Source of the DNA: Porphyridium purpureum
Taxonomy: Eukaryota
Reading direction: 5' to 3'
Length of the DNA stretch: 64,000 nt
NCBI GenBank assembly: GCA_008690995.1
Contig: VRMN01000002.1
Coordinates: 310,001 to 374,000, forward strand
Shown here: in pieces, positions 62,539-64,000 of the stretch
How positions within the stretch are numbered: position 1 is the first letter of the stretch
How the letters are laid out: the number at the start of each line of letters is the position of its first letter
Notes under the pieces: model-generated
The model's database searches: none
Told to the model about the DNA's origin: nothing
Seen by the model: the letters and a program-made list of their open reading frames with translations, nothing else
Translations under genes and position numbers: made by a program

Positions 62539-63323
62539 GACTCCAGCGAGTCTCCCTCCAGCTGCTGGATAGTCTTCCTTGCCTCGGGACACTTCCTGGC
62601 GATGTGTCCCGGCCTTCCACAATTCCAGCATTTGAGCTCGCTTCGAACACGCCTCTGACCCTGCACATGTCCCAGCTCCATCGGGACGGGTCCTTCCTGC
62701 GCTGCAGGACCGAAAAATGGCGTCCTCACACTTGAATCACGCACGCCGCGGGTCGCATGAATGGCGTCGTCCACGACCACCGCCACCTGCGCAGCCTCCG
62801 CAAACGTGCTCACTCCTCGCTTGTACACTTCCAAGCGGACCTCGGGCTTCAGACCCCTCACAAAGCGGTCCATCATTTCTGCGTCCGACAAGTCCGGAAT
62901 CACAAGTGCCGCGTCCTGAAAAGCCGCCACATACGCATGGGCCGGGCCTTTCTGCGAAAGACGCGTCAACTTGTCCCTTGCACGCCTGATCGAATCCTGC
63001 GGCGTGAACCGAGCACTCACGAGGGCAGCAAAATCATTCCACGTCGTGGGGATCTCCTGCGGGTAGCGCTCGCAGTTCAGAACCCACCAATGAAGCGCCT
63101 CTCCCTCGAAGTAGTCTGATGCCAAGTCCACAGCACGCCTCTCCGCAAGCAGACGTTTGTCCAAATCGTCCGGGTGGATGCTCTCCAACAGCCGGCCCAA
63201 GATCTTCTTTCTCGCCTGGAACAACCACGTCTTCACAACCAGAAGGTCCCTCTTCCCGTCGAACCTCATCAGACGGGCCTCCTTCGGGCCACGTGGTCCC
63301 AGCGTCTCCGAATCAATCTCCAT
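62517..63323 (-). CDS. Gypsy Gag with CCHC zinc knuckle
   Basis: FDGKRD, ALHWW, FVRGLKPE, GPVPMELG and CWNCGRPGHIARKC. Confidence 0.92.
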   Translation of the reverse strand: MEIDSETLGPRGPKEARLMRFDGKRDLLVVKTWLFQARKKILGRLLESIHPDDLDKRLLAERRAVDLASDYFEGEALHWWVLNCERYPQEIPTTWNDFAALVSARFTPQDSIRRARDKLTRLSQKGPAHAYVAAFQDAALVIPDLSDAEMMDRFVRGLKPEVRLEVYKRGVSTFAEAAQVAVVVDDAIHATRGVRDSSVRTPFFGPAAQEGPVPMELGHVQGQRRVRSELKCWNCGRPGHIARKCPEARKTIQQLEGDSLESKNEELE

Positions 63324-63890
63324 GCTTTCTGGACTAAAGCACGCTCAACGATCACGACAACTCGAACAGCAAGCCTCCGATGCTCACTTTCTCCAACAGC
63401 TGCGCGCAACACGAACGGGCTCGGTCGCCCTCACGACCACAAATCGACACACGAAGCGGTCCTCTCACTCACACACACGCACAGCAAGCCTCTCACGCAC
63501 ACACAACAAAGCACACAGCAATCCTCCTCTGTTGCGCTGGATGGGGAGCGGCCCGGGCCTTTGCACTGGGGCGGGGATTATAGATGCGATCTTGTATGGA
63601 GGTGTTCGGCGCCTACCTTCGCAAAGGTGGTCGTGCGACACTAGGATAAATCCTAATGAAGGCTGACCGTTACGGCTCTTGCCTACTAATACGTGCTAAG
63701 GCAGAGAGCGAGTCCGCCGTCAAGGCCTAGGCCTATCGTACAGCCAAGACTGAGACCCGCTTCCACCCGTCGCACCCTCCTAATCGACTTACTCGAACCC
63801 CCTTACCCGCAGACTCTCCCACCCAGGCAACCCCAGAGAAACTCTAAGAGAACCTTAGAGCAATCCCAGGTAACCAGCGATGATACCAAA

Positions 63891-64000
63891 TGTTACCAAT
63901 GCTGTGCCTTTTACTCTCTCTTCTTCTTCCCTCTTCTGTCTCCGAGCAAGACCTGACCGGCTAGTCCGGGCAGGCGCGTCGCCTTTTTATACCCTTACTT
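63891..64000 (-). repeat. Gypsy 5' LTR (partial)
   Basis: Identical to 58728-58837. Confidence 0.93.

Larger units (their letters stand above)
58728..64000 (-). mobile_element. Young Ty3/Gypsy LTR retrotransposon (5' LTR cut by the window end)
   Basis: 3' LTR 58728-59021 (TG...CA); 5' LTR from 63891, identical over the 110 bp visible; polypurine tract 59022-59035; PBS TGGTATCA at 63881-63888; gag plus pol in PR-RT-RH-IN order. Confidence 0.95.

Overview
Eukaryotic, gene-dense, apparently intron-free nuclear DNA. It is most consistent with a unicellular red alga (Porphyridium-like); this is inferred from Phe-type plastid transit peptides on HCF136 and chorismate synthase and from the compact intron-less genes. 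Positions 1-49.4 kb carry mostly housekeeping genes: GID4, DDX27/DRS1, eRF1, two RCC1-repeat proteins, an ankyrin protein, L-galactose dehydrogenase, HCF136, ELP1, COG6, TSPO, chorismate synthase, PDCD2, a 2H phosphoesterase, a glycosyltransferase-like protein, a SWIM protein and a Rieske choline-monooxygenase-like protein. Positions 52-64 kb are a transposon nest: a decayed Copia containing a solo-LTR-like insert, and a Tc1/mariner pseudogene interrupted by a young Ty3/Gypsy element. Three things stand out. (1) A protein that fuses an MLKL-like N-terminal four-helix bundle, a catalytically intact kinase and five near-identical 111-bp Sel1 repeats; it is a candidate single-chain sensor/executioner for immunity or cell death. 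(2) An intact, very young LTR retrotransposon with Copia IN-RT-RH but Gypsy-type Gag and protease, a Myb/SANT-like domain after the integrase, half-tRNA priming and non-canonical CG...AG termini. (3) A tandem pair of F-box-SPOC fusion genes. All domain calls come from reading motifs by eye; no searches were run.
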